NCBI GenBank assembly: GCA_910587285.1 | Contig: CAJULM010000014.1 | Span: forward strand, 2,053 to 66,052 | From: an uncultured Oscillospiraceae bacterium | Lineage (GTDB): Bacteria > Bacillota > Clostridia > Oscillospirales > Oscillospiraceae | DNA: 64,000 bases | Reading direction: 5' to 3' | In this document: piece after piece, positions 46,547 to 56,825 of the stretch | How positions within the stretch are numbered: the first letter of the stretch is position 1 | How the letters are laid out: every line of letters begins with the position of its first letter | Made by a program: the position numbers and the translations under genes | The notes under the pieces: generated by a model | The model's input: only the letters and a program-made list of their open reading frames with translations | What the model was told of the DNA's origin: nothing | The model's database searches: none

Positions 46547-47311
46547 ATGGCAAAAATACTGGACGTACACGTGCATATCGGCGAGGACCTGTACCGCAGC
46601 TGCACGCCGGAAATGGCGCTGGAGCGCATGGACCGCAACGGCATCGAGCAGGCGGTCATCTCCCCGCTTCCCACCTATCCCACCCCGGAGGGCGTCAAGA
46701 GCAGCCAGAAGCAAAACGACCGCATTGCGGAGGCCCTGCAAAAATATCCCAACCGCTTTGTGCGGGGGCTGGGCGTGGTTGATCCCCGCCACGGCCAGGC
46801 GGCGGTCCCCGAGGTGGACCGAATTTTTGGCACGCTGGGGCTGCACGGCCTGCTGTTCAGCAACGACAAAACGGGCCTGACCATGGACAACCCCGTGATG
46901 TGCGAATTTTTGTCCCACGCCGCTCAATATGAAAATCCCGTGGTGTTTGCCTACACCTCCCAGTACTCTGTGCTTCAGGCACCCTTCATGCTGGAGAAAA
47001 TGGCCAGAAACTTTCCAAGCATCCAATTTATCAACGGCTCCGCGCTGAAGGACTCCACTCACGCCAACTGCTCCCGCTATATGTCGTCTATCCTGGACAA
47101 CATATACATTGACATCGCCGACATGAACCAGCTCCTGGGCGTTCTGCGCAGCGCCATCACGGAGAGCGGCATCGACAAAATCCTTTTCGGCAGCAATATC
47201 CCCTCCTGCGATATCTGCCCGGAAATCATCAATCTGGAGTCCACCGATCTCTCAGACGGGGAGAAGCGCCAGATCTATTACGATAACGCCGCAAAGCTGT
47301 TTCGGCTGTGA
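46547..47311 (+). CDS. Amidohydrolase_2-family paralogue with degenerate ligands
   Basis: DVHVH kept, but FSN, AYT, NGS, FGSN at the equivalent positions. Confidence 0.85.
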   Translation: MAKILDVHVHIGEDLYRSCTPEMALERMDRNGIEQAVISPLPTYPTPEGVKSSQKQNDRIAEALQKYPNRFVRGLGVVDPRHGQAAVPEVDRIFGTLGLHGLLFSNDKTGLTMDNPVMCEFLSHAAQYENPVVFAYTSQYSVLQAPFMLEKMARNFPSIQFINGSALKDSTHANCSRYMSSILDNIYIDIADMNQLLGVLRSAITESGIDKILFGSNIPSCDICPEIINLESTDLSDGEKRQIYYDNAAKLFRL

Positions 47312-47341
47312 CAGCCAACATAAATAAAGGAGGACAATCAA

Positions 47342-48670
47342 ATGAAAAAAAGGATCGCTCTGCTCTTAGCCGCCGCCATGCTCACCGGCATTTTGTCCGG
47401 CTGCGCTCAGCCCCCCGCCGCCCAAACCGACCCGGCCCAGCAAACAGACCCGCCCTCCAGCGCGGAGCCAAACCAGACGGACAGCATCTATGCCCCCTAC
47501 CAGGGGACGGAACTGGTCTTCATCCGCCACTCCGGATACGAAGCGGATTGGATGACGGAAAAGGCCGAGGAATTTTATCAGATCAGCGGAATCCGCGTGA
47601 CCGTGGAGCAGATCGCGTACAGCGAGCTGAAAAACAAAATACTGCTGGATATCTCCTCCGCCAGCGGCGCGTACGACATGATCGCCACCACAGAATACTG
47701 GCTTTCAGAGTTCAACGAGGGCGGCTGGCTGACGGATATGTATCCCCTGGTCCACAATTCCGACCTCACCGCCGCCGCCTTTGAGCTGGAGGACATCGGC
47801 CAGTCCACCCTGGACGCCAACACCATCAACGGCCAGCTGCTGGCCATGCCCTGGAAGTTCAACGGGCAGCTGCTGGCCTACCGCACCGATCTGATTGATA
47901 CGCCCCCCGCAACCTGGGAAGAATACCTGGAGCTGGCCGAGCAGTTCACCACAAGCGACATGGTGGGCGTATCTCTGGCCCTGTCCCCCAACTCCATTAT
48001 GGACGTGTACCTCAACCTGCTGTACCAGGCGGGGGGAACGTTCCTCAGCGAAAACAGCACGGTATGCAATCTGGACTCCCCCCAGGCCAAGGAGGCTCTG
48101 GAATTCCTGCTGGAGTTGACCGCCTATACCAGCGGCGGCGCCACCAACAACCAGTGGCCTGAGTCTGCCGCGGTTTTCGGGCAGGGCGCCGCGGCCATGT
48201 ACCCCACCATCAGCTCCCAAATCGGAAACCTGGTGGACCCCGAGGTCTCCGCAGTGTCCGACAGCGTAGGCTATGCCGAGCTGCCCGGCGGCGTGGGCTG
48301 CCTGTCCACCTGGGGCGTCGCCATCACAGCAAACTGCAAGCAGCCTGAAGCGGCCTGGCTGTTCATCCAGTATATGCTGTCCCCGGAAAACACGCAGGAG
48401 CTGGTCGTGGGCACGGCGGGCGCGGACATCCCCGTTCGCTCCTCCCTGCTGCTTTCCGACTCGTTCATCCAGGCCTACCCCCACTATGCTGTCATGAACG
48501 CCATCACCCAGGCCGAGGGCCACACCTGGACATACCCCAAAACCACCGCCACCACCGCCATCATGGAGGCCCTCGCCGTCCATCTGCAAAACGCGATTCT
48601 GGGCAGCGAGACGGTGGAGCAGGCTCTGAGCAGCGCAAAGACGGAAATCGAAGCGCTGCTGAACGGTTAA
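47342..48670 (+). CDS. Carbohydrate ABC transporter solute-binding lipoprotein
   Basis: Lipobox LSGC; YRTDL, PPATWEE. Confidence 0.92.
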   Translation: MKKRIALLLAAAMLTGILSGCAQPPAAQTDPAQQTDPPSSAEPNQTDSIYAPYQGTELVFIRHSGYEADWMTEKAEEFYQISGIRVTVEQIAYSELKNKILLDISSASGAYDMIATTEYWLSEFNEGGWLTDMYPLVHNSDLTAAAFELEDIGQSTLDANTINGQLLAMPWKFNGQLLAYRTDLIDTPPATWEEYLELAEQFTTSDMVGVSLALSPNSIMDVYLNLLYQAGGTFLSENSTVCNLDSPQAKEALEFLLELTAYTSGGATNNQWPESAAVFGQGAAAMYPTISSQIGNLVDPEVSAVSDSVGYAELPGGVGCLSTWGVAITANCKQPEAAWLFIQYMLSPENTQELVVGTAGADIPVRSSLLLSDSFIQAYPHYAVMNAITQAEGHTWTYPKTTATTAIMEALAVHLQNAILGSETVEQALSSAKTEIEALLNG

Positions 48671-48736
48671 TCATTGCTGCGGCCCGCGGGAGTATCTCCC
48701 GCGGGCCATTCCCCAAGAAAGGATGGGACCACTCTT

Positions 48737-49630
48737 ATGAAAAAGCGCAGCCACGGACTCAGAGGCGGAGAAAACAGACTGATGCTGGGACTGCTCCTGC
48801 CATCTGTCCTGTTTGTTTTGGTGATCTCAATCGTACCGCTGGCCTATACCTTCTTCCTCAGCTTTCAAAACTACAGCCTGCTGAACAGTGACGGCGCCTA
48901 CTTTAACGGCATTCAAAATTATATAGAAATTGTATCAAACCCAGCGATTCGCCAGTCCGTTTGGGTCACATTTCAATATACGATTTCAAGCATCGCCCTG
49001 TCCACCTTGGTCGGCGTCGGTCTGGCCGTGGTTGTGAATCAGATTAAAAAGGGAAAGTCATTTTTTCGCGTGGTCTTCTTTGTCCCCATGATGCTCTCCG
49101 GCATCGTCGTCGGCGTTTTGTGGCGCTTTCTGTTCAGCACAGATTTGGGCGTCATCAACTACCTGCTGGAAATTGTCGGCGTCGGGCGCATTAATTGGAC
49201 GGGCAGTGCGGCGGCGGCAATGGCCAGCATTCTAATCGCCGACGTCTGGCAGTGGTCGTCCTACACGTTTATCAACGCCCTGGCCGCCCTGGAGGCCATG
49301 AATCCCGAGCCGGTAGAGGCCGCCAAGGTGGACGGCGCCAACGCCCTCCAGCTGTTTTTTCTCATCAAGCTGCCGACAATTATGCCCGTTGTGGGCGTCA
49401 GCATTGTCTTCCGGACGGTTTGGGCCTTCAGGAGCTTTGATCTGATCTACTCCCTCACCAGCGGCGGGCCGGGCACCTCCACCACAACCATGGCCATTGA
49501 AATCTACCGACTGGCCTTCAACCAGTATAAAATCGGCGCTTCCAGCGCGCTGTCCGTCCTGATGTTCCTGATCCTCACGGGGCTCAGCCTCTTTATTCTG
49601 AAAAAAACGCTCAAGGGGGAACCCAAATGA
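48737..49630 (+). CDS. Carbohydrate ABC transporter permease
   Basis: EAAKVDGA, FDLIYSLTSGGPG. Confidence 0.92.
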   Translation: MKKRSHGLRGGENRLMLGLLLPSVLFVLVISIVPLAYTFFLSFQNYSLLNSDGAYFNGIQNYIEIVSNPAIRQSVWVTFQYTISSIALSTLVGVGLAVVVNQIKKGKSFFRVVFFVPMMLSGIVVGVLWRFLFSTDLGVINYLLEIVGVGRINWTGSAAAAMASILIADVWQWSSYTFINALAALEAMNPEPVEAAKVDGANALQLFFLIKLPTIMPVVGVSIVFRTVWAFRSFDLIYSLTSGGPGTSTTTMAIEIYRLAFNQYKIGASSALSVLMFLILTGLSLFILKKTLKGEPK

Positions 49631-50451
49631 AGCACCGGCGCAGAACTCAAATCGTTTGCTATACCATCGCCATCGCAGTGACCGCCTTTACCCTGTTTCC
49701 TCTTTATTGGACCCTGATCACCTCGTTCAAAACATATCGGGAGGCGTTTGCTCAGCCGCCCCAGTTTTTCGCCATCCCCACACTGAAGAACTATCTGGAA
49801 TTTCTGCAGCAGAATCAAATCCTGCTCTATCTGCGCAATTCCATCCTCATCTCCGTGGTCAGCGTGGTGGTGCCCCTGATTCTGGGTCTGTTTGCGTCCT
49901 ATGCCGTCACCCGCTCCCGGCTGCCCGGCAAGGAGGGCTTCGCCATGTTCCTGTTGGCCTCCCGCTTCATCCCCCCGGTCAGCACGCTGATTCCCACCTA
50001 TCTCCTGTTCCGCCAGTTCGGGCTGTACGATACCCTCGCCGGGCTGATTCTGCTGAACACCGCAATGAATATCCCCTACGTGGTCTATATGATGCGCGGA
50101 TTTATCCAGGACGTGCCCCTCGCCATCGAGGAATCCGCCTGGCTGGACGGCGCGGGGCGCCTGCGCACCTTTTTCAGCATCGTGCTGCCCATGTGCAGGC
50201 CGGGCATCGCGGCCACGGCAGTGCTCTCCTTCTGCTTCTCCTGGAACGAATTTATGTATGCCATGAACTTGACCAGCCGGAACGCGAAAACTCTGCCCCT
50301 GGCCATGATGGCCTACATGGGCGAGAGCGGAACCGAGTGGCAGATGATGGCCACCGCCGGGATTGTCATCCTGCTTCCCACCGTGGTCTTCGCCATTCTG
50401 ACCCACCGCAACCTGGGCTCCGGTATGTCCTTCGGCGCGGTGAAGGGCTGA
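49627..50451 (+). CDS. Carbohydrate ABC transporter permease
   Basis: EESAWLDGA, WNEF, GAVKG. Confidence 0.92.
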   Translation: MKHRRRTQIVCYTIAIAVTAFTLFPLYWTLITSFKTYREAFAQPPQFFAIPTLKNYLEFLQQNQILLYLRNSILISVVSVVVPLILGLFASYAVTRSRLPGKEGFAMFLLASRFIPPVSTLIPTYLLFRQFGLYDTLAGLILLNTAMNIPYVVYMMRGFIQDVPLAIEESAWLDGAGRLRTFFSIVLPMCRPGIAATAVLSFCFSWNEFMYAMNLTSRNAKTLPLAMMAYMGESGTEWQMMATAGIVILLPTVVFAILTHRNLGSGMSFGAVKG

Positions 50452-50475
50452 CCGGGCCCTTCACCGCCCCAGGGC

Positions 50476-52443
50476 TCACCCCGGCAGGAAGTCCTCCCGC
50501 ATGGGGTTGAAGATGTCTAACAGCACCCCCGCCTCCAGGCAGGTGCAGCCGTGCTCCACGCCGTCGGTTTTCAGCAGCGTGTCCCCCGGTCCAACCTGGT
50601 GGGTCTCCCCGTCGATGGTGAAGGAAAAGCGTCCGCTGACCACATAGGTAATCTGGGTGTGGGGATGGCTGTGCAGCGCCCCCACCGCCCCGGTCTCAAA
50701 AGTGTTCTCCACACACATCAGTTGACAGTTGTAAGCCAACACCCGGCGGACCACGCCCTCCCCGGCCCGCTGGGGCAGCGTGTCCCCATGGTACACCCAG
50801 CGCTGGTCCTGCCGGGTAAACGCAGGGGCGGGCAGATATTTTTTCAGGGTGGCCCGCACCGCCCCCGGCCCCGCCAGCATCTCCCGGAGCATCCCGCCGA
50901 TTTTTTTCGCCAGCCCCGCCTGACACAGATCCACGGCGAACAGCGCCGGGTTGGACAGGATGGGCGCCAGCGCCTCGTCCGAGGCGCTGGCCGGGTCGCC
51001 CAGCTTCACGCCGGAAAGCTGCTTTTGCAGGGTCTCCAGCATGGGGTCGCCGCTGCACACCATCGGCTTACACTTGTCGTCCACCGCCAGCAGGTAGCGC
51101 AGCCACCCCGCGATGGCCAGGGGAATGTAGGTCAAGCCGGCCACGTCCAGGCTGGGCTGGGCCAGATAGCTCTTGATGGTCTCCCCAAAACGGATGGGCA
51201 CCTTTTGGCTGGTGTCGGTGGCGATGCGCTGGGGCATATCGGGGATGAAGGGGTTGGGAAGCCGCTGGTCGATCACCTCGCGGATAAAATCCATGGGGCT
51301 GAGGATTTTGGGGTCCACCACTACGGGGATGCCCTCGTCATAGCCGATTTTCTCCACCAGGGCCTTGAGCTGTGGGTCCTTCATCTCTGCGGCGATGGAC
51401 TCATAGCCCAGCAGGCAGCCGTACACCGCCAGCGCCGTGTGCAGCGGGTTCAGACAGGTGGTCACTTTCATCTTCTCCGTCTTGTTCACCGTGTCCCGGT
51501 CGGTCATATATACGCCCGCCCGCTCCAGCGGCGGCCTGCCGTTGGGGAAGCGGTCCTCCACCACCAGGTACTGGGGCCGCTCAGCGTTGACAAAGGGGGC
51601 GATGAAGGTGTTCTTGCCGGTGACAATGGGGGCCATGTCCTCCACCCCGATCCGGGCCAGTGCCTCCTCCACCACCTGGGCGGGACGGGGGGTGATTTTG
51701 TCGATCATGGTCCAGGGGAAGGACACCGTGGCCTCGTCCGCCGCCCAATCCGCGAACGCCTGGGTGACATAGCCCCGCTTCACCCACTGCTCCACCACCG
51801 TCATCACGCTGCGGCGCAGCGTCTCCCCGTTGTGGGAGCAGTTGTCCATGCTCACCACGGCGATGGGCGCGCCGCCAGCCTGGAACCGCTCCCACAGCAG
51901 GGCGGCGGTGAGGCTCATGGCGTGGGCGCAGCCCCCCGGGCCCCGCTCAAAGTCCGCCTGCACGAAGGGGAAGAACTCCCCCGCCAGGTTGGTGAGGGCG
52001 TAGCCCTTCTCGGTGATGGTGTAGCTCACCATCTGGAGGGTTGGGCTGCGGAAGCTGGCACGCAGCCTCTCCCAGTCCGCCGGAAAGACCGGCCCCGCCC
52101 GCAGCCCCTGTGCCACGGAGGCGATGACCTCCTTCTCCATGGTCCCGTCCGGCAGCAGCGACACCAGCAGGGTCATACTGTCGAACGGCGCGTAGATTTT
52201 GTCGATGATATCGTAGTCAAAGGTGTCGGCGGCCACAATTCCGCCCTGCACCAGCCCCTGCTCCAGCAGGTCCTGCTGAAGCTTGGCGATGAACCCCCGG
52301 AAGATGTTCCCCGCGCCGAAATGGACCCAGGCGGGGGCCCGCTCCGTCTCGGCGCGCATTTTTTCCCAGTCGAAGGCGGGCAGCTTGATCCCGGCCCGCT
52401 CCCAGGCCGCCCGGCCCCGGAGGCCCTCATAGCATAATTTCAT
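50476..52443 (-). CDS. Mannitol-dehydrogenase-family (UxuB-like) uronate oxidoreductase fused to a KdgF-like cupin
   Basis: HFGAGNIFR, TITEKGY, SMDNC, DKITP, DTSQKVPIRF; C-terminal HSHPHTQ...EH...FNPMREDFL. Confidence 0.88.
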   Translation of the reverse strand: MKLCYEGLRGRAAWERAGIKLPAFDWEKMRAETERAPAWVHFGAGNIFRGFIAKLQQDLLEQGLVQGGIVAADTFDYDIIDKIYAPFDSMTLLVSLLPDGTMEKEVIASVAQGLRAGPVFPADWERLRASFRSPTLQMVSYTITEKGYALTNLAGEFFPFVQADFERGPGGCAHAMSLTAALLWERFQAGGAPIAVVSMDNCSHNGETLRRSVMTVVEQWVKRGYVTQAFADWAADEATVSFPWTMIDKITPRPAQVVEEALARIGVEDMAPIVTGKNTFIAPFVNAERPQYLVVEDRFPNGRPPLERAGVYMTDRDTVNKTEKMKVTTCLNPLHTALAVYGCLLGYESIAAEMKDPQLKALVEKIGYDEGIPVVVDPKILSPMDFIREVIDQRLPNPFIPDMPQRIATDTSQKVPIRFGETIKSYLAQPSLDVAGLTYIPLAIAGWLRYLLAVDDKCKPMVCSGDPMLETLQKQLSGVKLGDPASASDEALAPILSNPALFAVDLCQAGLAKKIGGMLREMLAGPGAVRATLKKYLPAPAFTRQDQRWVYHGDTLPQRAGEGVVRRVLAYNCQLMCVENTFETGAVGALHSHPHTQITYVVSGRFSFTIDGETHQVGPGDTLLKTDGVEHGCTCLEAGVLLDIFNPMREDFLPG

Positions 52444-52522
52444 GGTTTTTCCTCCCATTTCTCACAACAGGGCGCGCCGGACCGTGGCTACGGCGGCGCG
52501 CCCTGTCTGTTTTACTCTGTGG

Positions 52523-53863
52523 CTATCTCAAAAATAGGTTGGCCAGACCGGCCACCGCAGGCTCATAGTCGCCAAAGACCTTGGGGATGATGAGGGACAC
52601 ATCCTGCCAGTAGGACACCAGCAGCAGGGTGATGACCATACACACGTAGAAGGGCAGCGTGGCCTTGACCACCTTTTCCATGGGCCGCTTGGCCACGGCC
52701 GAGCCGATGAACAGCACCGCGCCCACCGGCGGGGTGAGCAGGCCGATACCGCAGTTGAGCACCACCATGATGCCGAACTGGATGGGGTCCAGCCCGCAGA
52801 ACTGGGTGGCCACCGGCAGCAGGATGGGGGTGGCGATGAGGATGATGGGGGCCATGTCCATAATCATGCCCAGCACCAGCAGAATCACGTTGAGCAGCAG
52901 GATGAGGATAATCTTGTTATCGGTGATGCCCACGATGGCCTGGGCGGCCAGATCGGGGACGTGGAGCTTGGTGAGGCAGTCGCCAAACACCGCAGAGGTG
53001 GCGATGAGAATCATCACGATGGCCAGCGTGTTCACGCACTCGTCCAGGGCCTTCCACACGCCCTTCCAGTTCACGCCTCGGTAGATGAACACGGAGACCA
53101 CCAGGGAGTAGAGCACCGCGACGGCGGCGGACTCGGTGGCGGTAAACTTGCCGGTGACAACGCCCACCACCACGATGACGATGGCCAGCAGGGCCCAGAT
53201 GGAAATCCAAAGCTGCTTGAAGAAGTTGACGATGTGGAAGGGCTCGCCCTTGGGGTAGTTGCGCTTGACGGAGATGATGTAGGAGCCGACCATCAGCGAC
53301 AGGGCCAGCAGGGCGCCGGGCAGGTAGCCCGCCAGGAACAGGGAGCCCACGGAGATGCCGCCCGCGGTGGTGGCGTAGATGACCATGTTGTGGCTGGGGG
53401 GCACCAGAAGTCCCTCGCAGGAGGAGGTGATGGTGACGGCGGTGGAGAAGTCGGCGTCGTACCCCTGGTCCACCATCATGGGAATCATGATGGAACCGAT
53501 GGAGGCGGTGTCCGCCGCAGCGGAGCCGGAGATGCCGCCGAAGAAGTAGGACGCCACGATGTTCACCATGGCCAGACCGCCCCGCATCCAGCCTACGCAG
53601 GCGTTGGCCAGGGCGATGAGCTTATCCGAGATACCGCCCTTGCCCATGAGCACGCCCATGGTGATGAAGAAGGGCACCGCCATCAGGGAGTAGGAGCTGA
53701 TGCCCTTGACCATCAGGCGGCAGATGGCGTTGAGGTTATTGCCCATGACCAGCAGGCACAGCACGGAGGACAGGCCCACGGCGTAGGCAATGGGGAAGCG
53801 CAGCACAATCATGACGATAAAGCTGCCCAGCAGAACGATAATCGCAAGAGTCTGGAGATCCAT
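52523..53863 (-). CDS. dctM: TRAP transporter large permease
   Basis: FFGGISGSAAAD, PPSHNM, GLLTPPVG. Confidence 0.93.
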   Translation of the reverse strand: MDLQTLAIIVLLGSFIVMIVLRFPIAYAVGLSSVLCLLVMGNNLNAICRLMVKGISSYSLMAVPFFITMGVLMGKGGISDKLIALANACVGWMRGGLAMVNIVASYFFGGISGSAAADTASIGSIMIPMMVDQGYDADFSTAVTITSSCEGLLVPPSHNMVIYATTAGGISVGSLFLAGYLPGALLALSLMVGSYIISVKRNYPKGEPFHIVNFFKQLWISIWALLAIVIVVVGVVTGKFTATESAAVAVLYSLVVSVFIYRGVNWKGVWKALDECVNTLAIVMILIATSAVFGDCLTKLHVPDLAAQAIVGITDNKIILILLLNVILLVLGMIMDMAPIILIATPILLPVATQFCGLDPIQFGIMVVLNCGIGLLTPPVGAVLFIGSAVAKRPMEKVVKATLPFYVCMVITLLLVSYWQDVSLIIPKVFGDYEPAVAGLANLFLR

Positions 53864-54438
53864 TATGCCGCTCCCTCCTTTTTCTCTTCCTCAACAAAGA
53901 AAGATTTGATGTGGTTATAGACCGCCTCCAGCTCGAAGACGATCATGGCAATGCCCGCCAGGGGCACCGGGAGGTACATCCAGAACCGGGAGAGCCAGGG
54001 AATGGACTCGTAGAAGCCCTTGCTGCCCAGGGTGACGGCGTACTCCCAGCCCACCACCAGCATGATGACGGCCAGCACCATCACGGCGACGTCCGCCACC
54101 ACATCCAGCACCTTGACCACGGCCTTGGGGAGCATGGCGTCAAACGCGGTCATGCGGATGTGGGCCCCCGTGCGGATGGCCAGCGCCGCGGACAGCACCG
54201 CCATGTAGGACATACAGGTCAGCACAATCTGCTCGGTCCAGGCCGGGTCCTTGAACACCGCCAGGAAGGACAGGAACTCATAGGTGTGGGCCCATTCCTG
54301 GCACCAGCGCCCCCACACCGTGAAGGACACGATGACGATGTCGGCGATGAGCAGCAGCTTGCACAGCACCATGACGATTTTGTACGCCATGTCATAGGCC
54401 GGCTTCGCCTTGTCCAGCGTGGTGAAAATCTTTGGCAT
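53863..54438 (-). CDS. dctQ: TRAP transporter small permease
   Basis: 4 hydrophobic segments, PAWTEQ, AHIRM; between dctP and dctM. Confidence 0.9.
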   Translation of the reverse strand: MPKIFTTLDKAKPAYDMAYKIVMVLCKLLLIADIVIVSFTVWGRWCQEWAHTYEFLSFLAVFKDPAWTEQIVLTCMSYMAVLSAALAIRTGAHIRMTAFDAMLPKAVVKVLDVVADVAVMVLAVIMLVVGWEYAVTLGSKGFYESIPWLSRFWMYLPVPLAGIAMIVFELEAVYNHIKSFFVEEEKKEGAA

Positions 54439-54520
54439 AAAACCTCTCCTCTCTCAATCAAATCAGCAGGGGGCGTGGGCATTCCCCCACGCCCCCTGTC
54501 GTGCGTCCGTCAGCTTAAGC

Positions 54521-55564
54521 TTATTTCAGGTCCAGAATCTGCTGATACAGGTCAGCCTGCTTGTCGATGGCCTCCTTGATGGCGGGAGCGCTGGAACAGG
54601 CTTCCTGCCAGGGGCCCTTATCGGTGACATCCACCACGTTGCAGCCGTCGGCCTTGAGCTGCTCCAGCACCTTGTCCTCCTCGCCCTGGGACAGCTCGGC
54701 GTTGAACTGCTGGGTCTTCTTGCCGGCCTCCATAATCACCTGCTGCTGGGCGGGGGTGAGCTTCGCCCAGGCGGTGTCGGTGATGACCACCTGCACGGCG
54801 CCCAGGGTGTGGCCGTCCAGAATCAGGTTGTTGGCCACCTCGGGGAAGGCGTTGGACTTGTAGTTGGCGATGGGCTGCTCGGCGGCGTCGCACACGCCGG
54901 TGTTCAGAGCGGAGTACAGCTCACCAAAGGCCACCACCGTGGGGGAGGCGCCCAGGCTCTCCACCATGCCGTTCATGATGGGGTCGTTGGACACGCGGAT
55001 CTTCATGCCCTTCAGGTCGTCGATGCTGTTGATGGCCGTGTTGGCGAAGAAGTGACGGAAGCCCTCCTCACCGTAGAACACGCCGCGCAGGGGCAGGTCG
55101 ATCTCCTGGGGCTCGTTGAGGAACTCAGCGGCCAGATCGCTGTTGGCGAAGTTCCACCAGTGGTCGCGGCTCTCAAAGGTGAAGGGCAGGGAGAGCAGCA
55201 CGGACTTCTCAGCGCCGTAGCTGGTCAGAGCAAAGGCGGAGATACGGCTCATGTCGATGGAGTCGTCGCCGCCGATGATGGCGTCCAGCACGTCGTTCTC
55301 GGAGCCCAGCACGCCGGAGGCGCGGATGTCGATGGTGATGGAGCCGCCGGACATCTCCTCCACGTTCTTCTTGAACTCAGAGGCGGTCTGGCCCACGATG
55401 GTGTCCAGCGGGTTGACCTCGGCGTACACCAGGGTGACCTTGGGGTCGTTGGCCACGTCGCCAGTGCCGGAATTCTTGTCGTCGTTGCCGCTGGGCTGGC
55501 CGCCGCAGGCGGCCAGGCTCATGATCATGAGCGCCGCAAGAAGGGCAGATACAAATTTTTTCAT
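54521..55564 (-). CDS. dctP: TRAP solute-binding lipoprotein (transport)
   Basis: Lipobox LAAC; GFRHF, GMKIRV, ELYSALNTG. Confidence 0.92.
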   Translation of the reverse strand: MKKFVSALLAALMIMSLAACGGQPSGNDDKNSGTGDVANDPKVTLVYAEVNPLDTIVGQTASEFKKNVEEMSGGSITIDIRASGVLGSENDVLDAIIGGDDSIDMSRISAFALTSYGAEKSVLLSLPFTFESRDHWWNFANSDLAAEFLNEPQEIDLPLRGVFYGEEGFRHFFANTAINSIDDLKGMKIRVSNDPIMNGMVESLGASPTVVAFGELYSALNTGVCDAAEQPIANYKSNAFPEVANNLILDGHTLGAVQVVITDTAWAKLTPAQQQVIMEAGKKTQQFNAELSQGEEDKVLEQLKADGCNVVDVTDKGPWQEACSSAPAIKEAIDKQADLYQQILDLK

Positions 55565-55829
55565 TTCAGCTTCCTCCGATTTTTCATGCAGCGTTTCGCT
55601 GCGTATTGGGGCGGTCAAACATCTCCCCCCGTTGCCGCCATTGTAACAAATCGCAAAAATCAATGCAACGGCATTCAAAATATGTGCTGTTTATCCAAAA
55701 AAATTGAAACAGTCTCTTGACGATTCTTACAATTCTCACCCGCCGATTTTTTGCACTTTGACCAGGAAAACCTCCGCTACGCAAAAAAGGGCCGCCCCGG
55801 CCTGGGCCCGGGCGGCCTGCGCCGCTCTT

Positions 55830-56825
55830 TCAGCTGTCCTGAATCTGCCGGATCAGCTCCTGCATCTCCTGGGGGTATTCGTCGTACATGGGCTGCACCG
55901 CCTGGCGGAACTCCTCCAGCTGTCCGCCGCTCACCGTAGTCACCGCGCAGCCGTAGTCCCGCACCAATTTTTCCGCCGCAGCCTCCTGCTCCCGCCACAG
56001 CTCCCGCTCGTACAGGGCGCACTCCCTGGCGCACTCCCGCACAATGGCCACATAGTCCTCGTCGATTTCAGCGATTTTATCCAGGGCCACGGTGCTCATA
56101 ATCTGCATCTCAGGCAGACGGGAGTGCCCGTCCTGAAGATAATAGGGCGCGGCCTGGAAGTGGCCGGTGGCGGCGTAGCTGGGCCAGTTGTTCTCCGCGC
56201 CGTCGATTTTGGCGGTTTGCAGGGCGGAATACACGTCGTTATAGGGAAGCTGCACCGGCCTGGCCCCCAGCAGCTCCACCATCCGGCTCATGAAGGCGGA
56301 CTCCTGCACCCGGATGGTCAATCCCCGCAAATCGTCCAGACCGCAGATGGGCTCCCTGGTGTAAAAGCTTCTGGCCCCGGCGTCGAACCAGCTCAGCCCC
56401 ACCACGTCCGCCCGCCGTGCGCCGATGAGAAATTCATCCCCCACCGGGCCGTCCAGCACCCGCCACATATGCTCCGCGTCATCGTATAAAAACGGCAGCA
56501 GCAGCACCTCAATCTCCGAATAGGACTCGGCAAAGGTGCCCACCGACACCCGGGCCATGTCGATGCCCCCGAACTGCACCTGCTCCAGCACCTGGTTTTC
56601 GTTCCCCAGCTCGCCGTTGCAGTACAGCCGGATGCATATTTTCCCCTGGGTGCGCTCCTCCACCAGCTGGGCAAAGTGCTGGGCGGCCTTGGTGGTGGGG
56701 TAGTCCTCGGGCTGGTTGTCGGCGTAGCGCAGAACCAGCAGGGGATGACCGGCGTTCTCCGGCGCCGGGCCGCAGCCGCACAGCAGCAGGCATATGCACA
56801 AAAGCAGGCATAGCCGCCCCTTCAT
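55830..56825 (-). CDS. Second TRAP solute-binding lipoprotein, probably the sensory partner of the two-component system
   Basis: Lipobox; GARSF, GLTIRV, DGAENN; overlaps the response regulator stop. Confidence 0.88.
   Translation of the reverse strand: MKGRLCLLLCICLLLCGCGPAPENAGHPLLVLRYADNQPEDYPTTKAAQHFAQLVEERTQGKICIRLYCNGELGNENQVLEQVQFGGIDMARVSVGTFAESYSEIEVLLLPFLYDDAEHMWRVLDGPVGDEFLIGARRADVVGLSWFDAGARSFYTREPICGLDDLRGLTIRVQESAFMSRMVELLGARPVQLPYNDVYSALQTAKIDGAENNWPSYAATGHFQAAPYYLQDGHSRLPEMQIMSTVALDKIAEIDEDYVAIVRECARECALYERELWREQEAAAEKLVRDYGCAVTTVSGGQLEEFRQAVQPMYDEYPQEMQELIRQIQDS

Noticed and set aside
34530..50451. Genomic island integrated at the tmRNA 3' end
   Set aside because: No integrase follows and I found no downstream duplicate of the tmRNA 3' end; a normal terminator follows ssrA.
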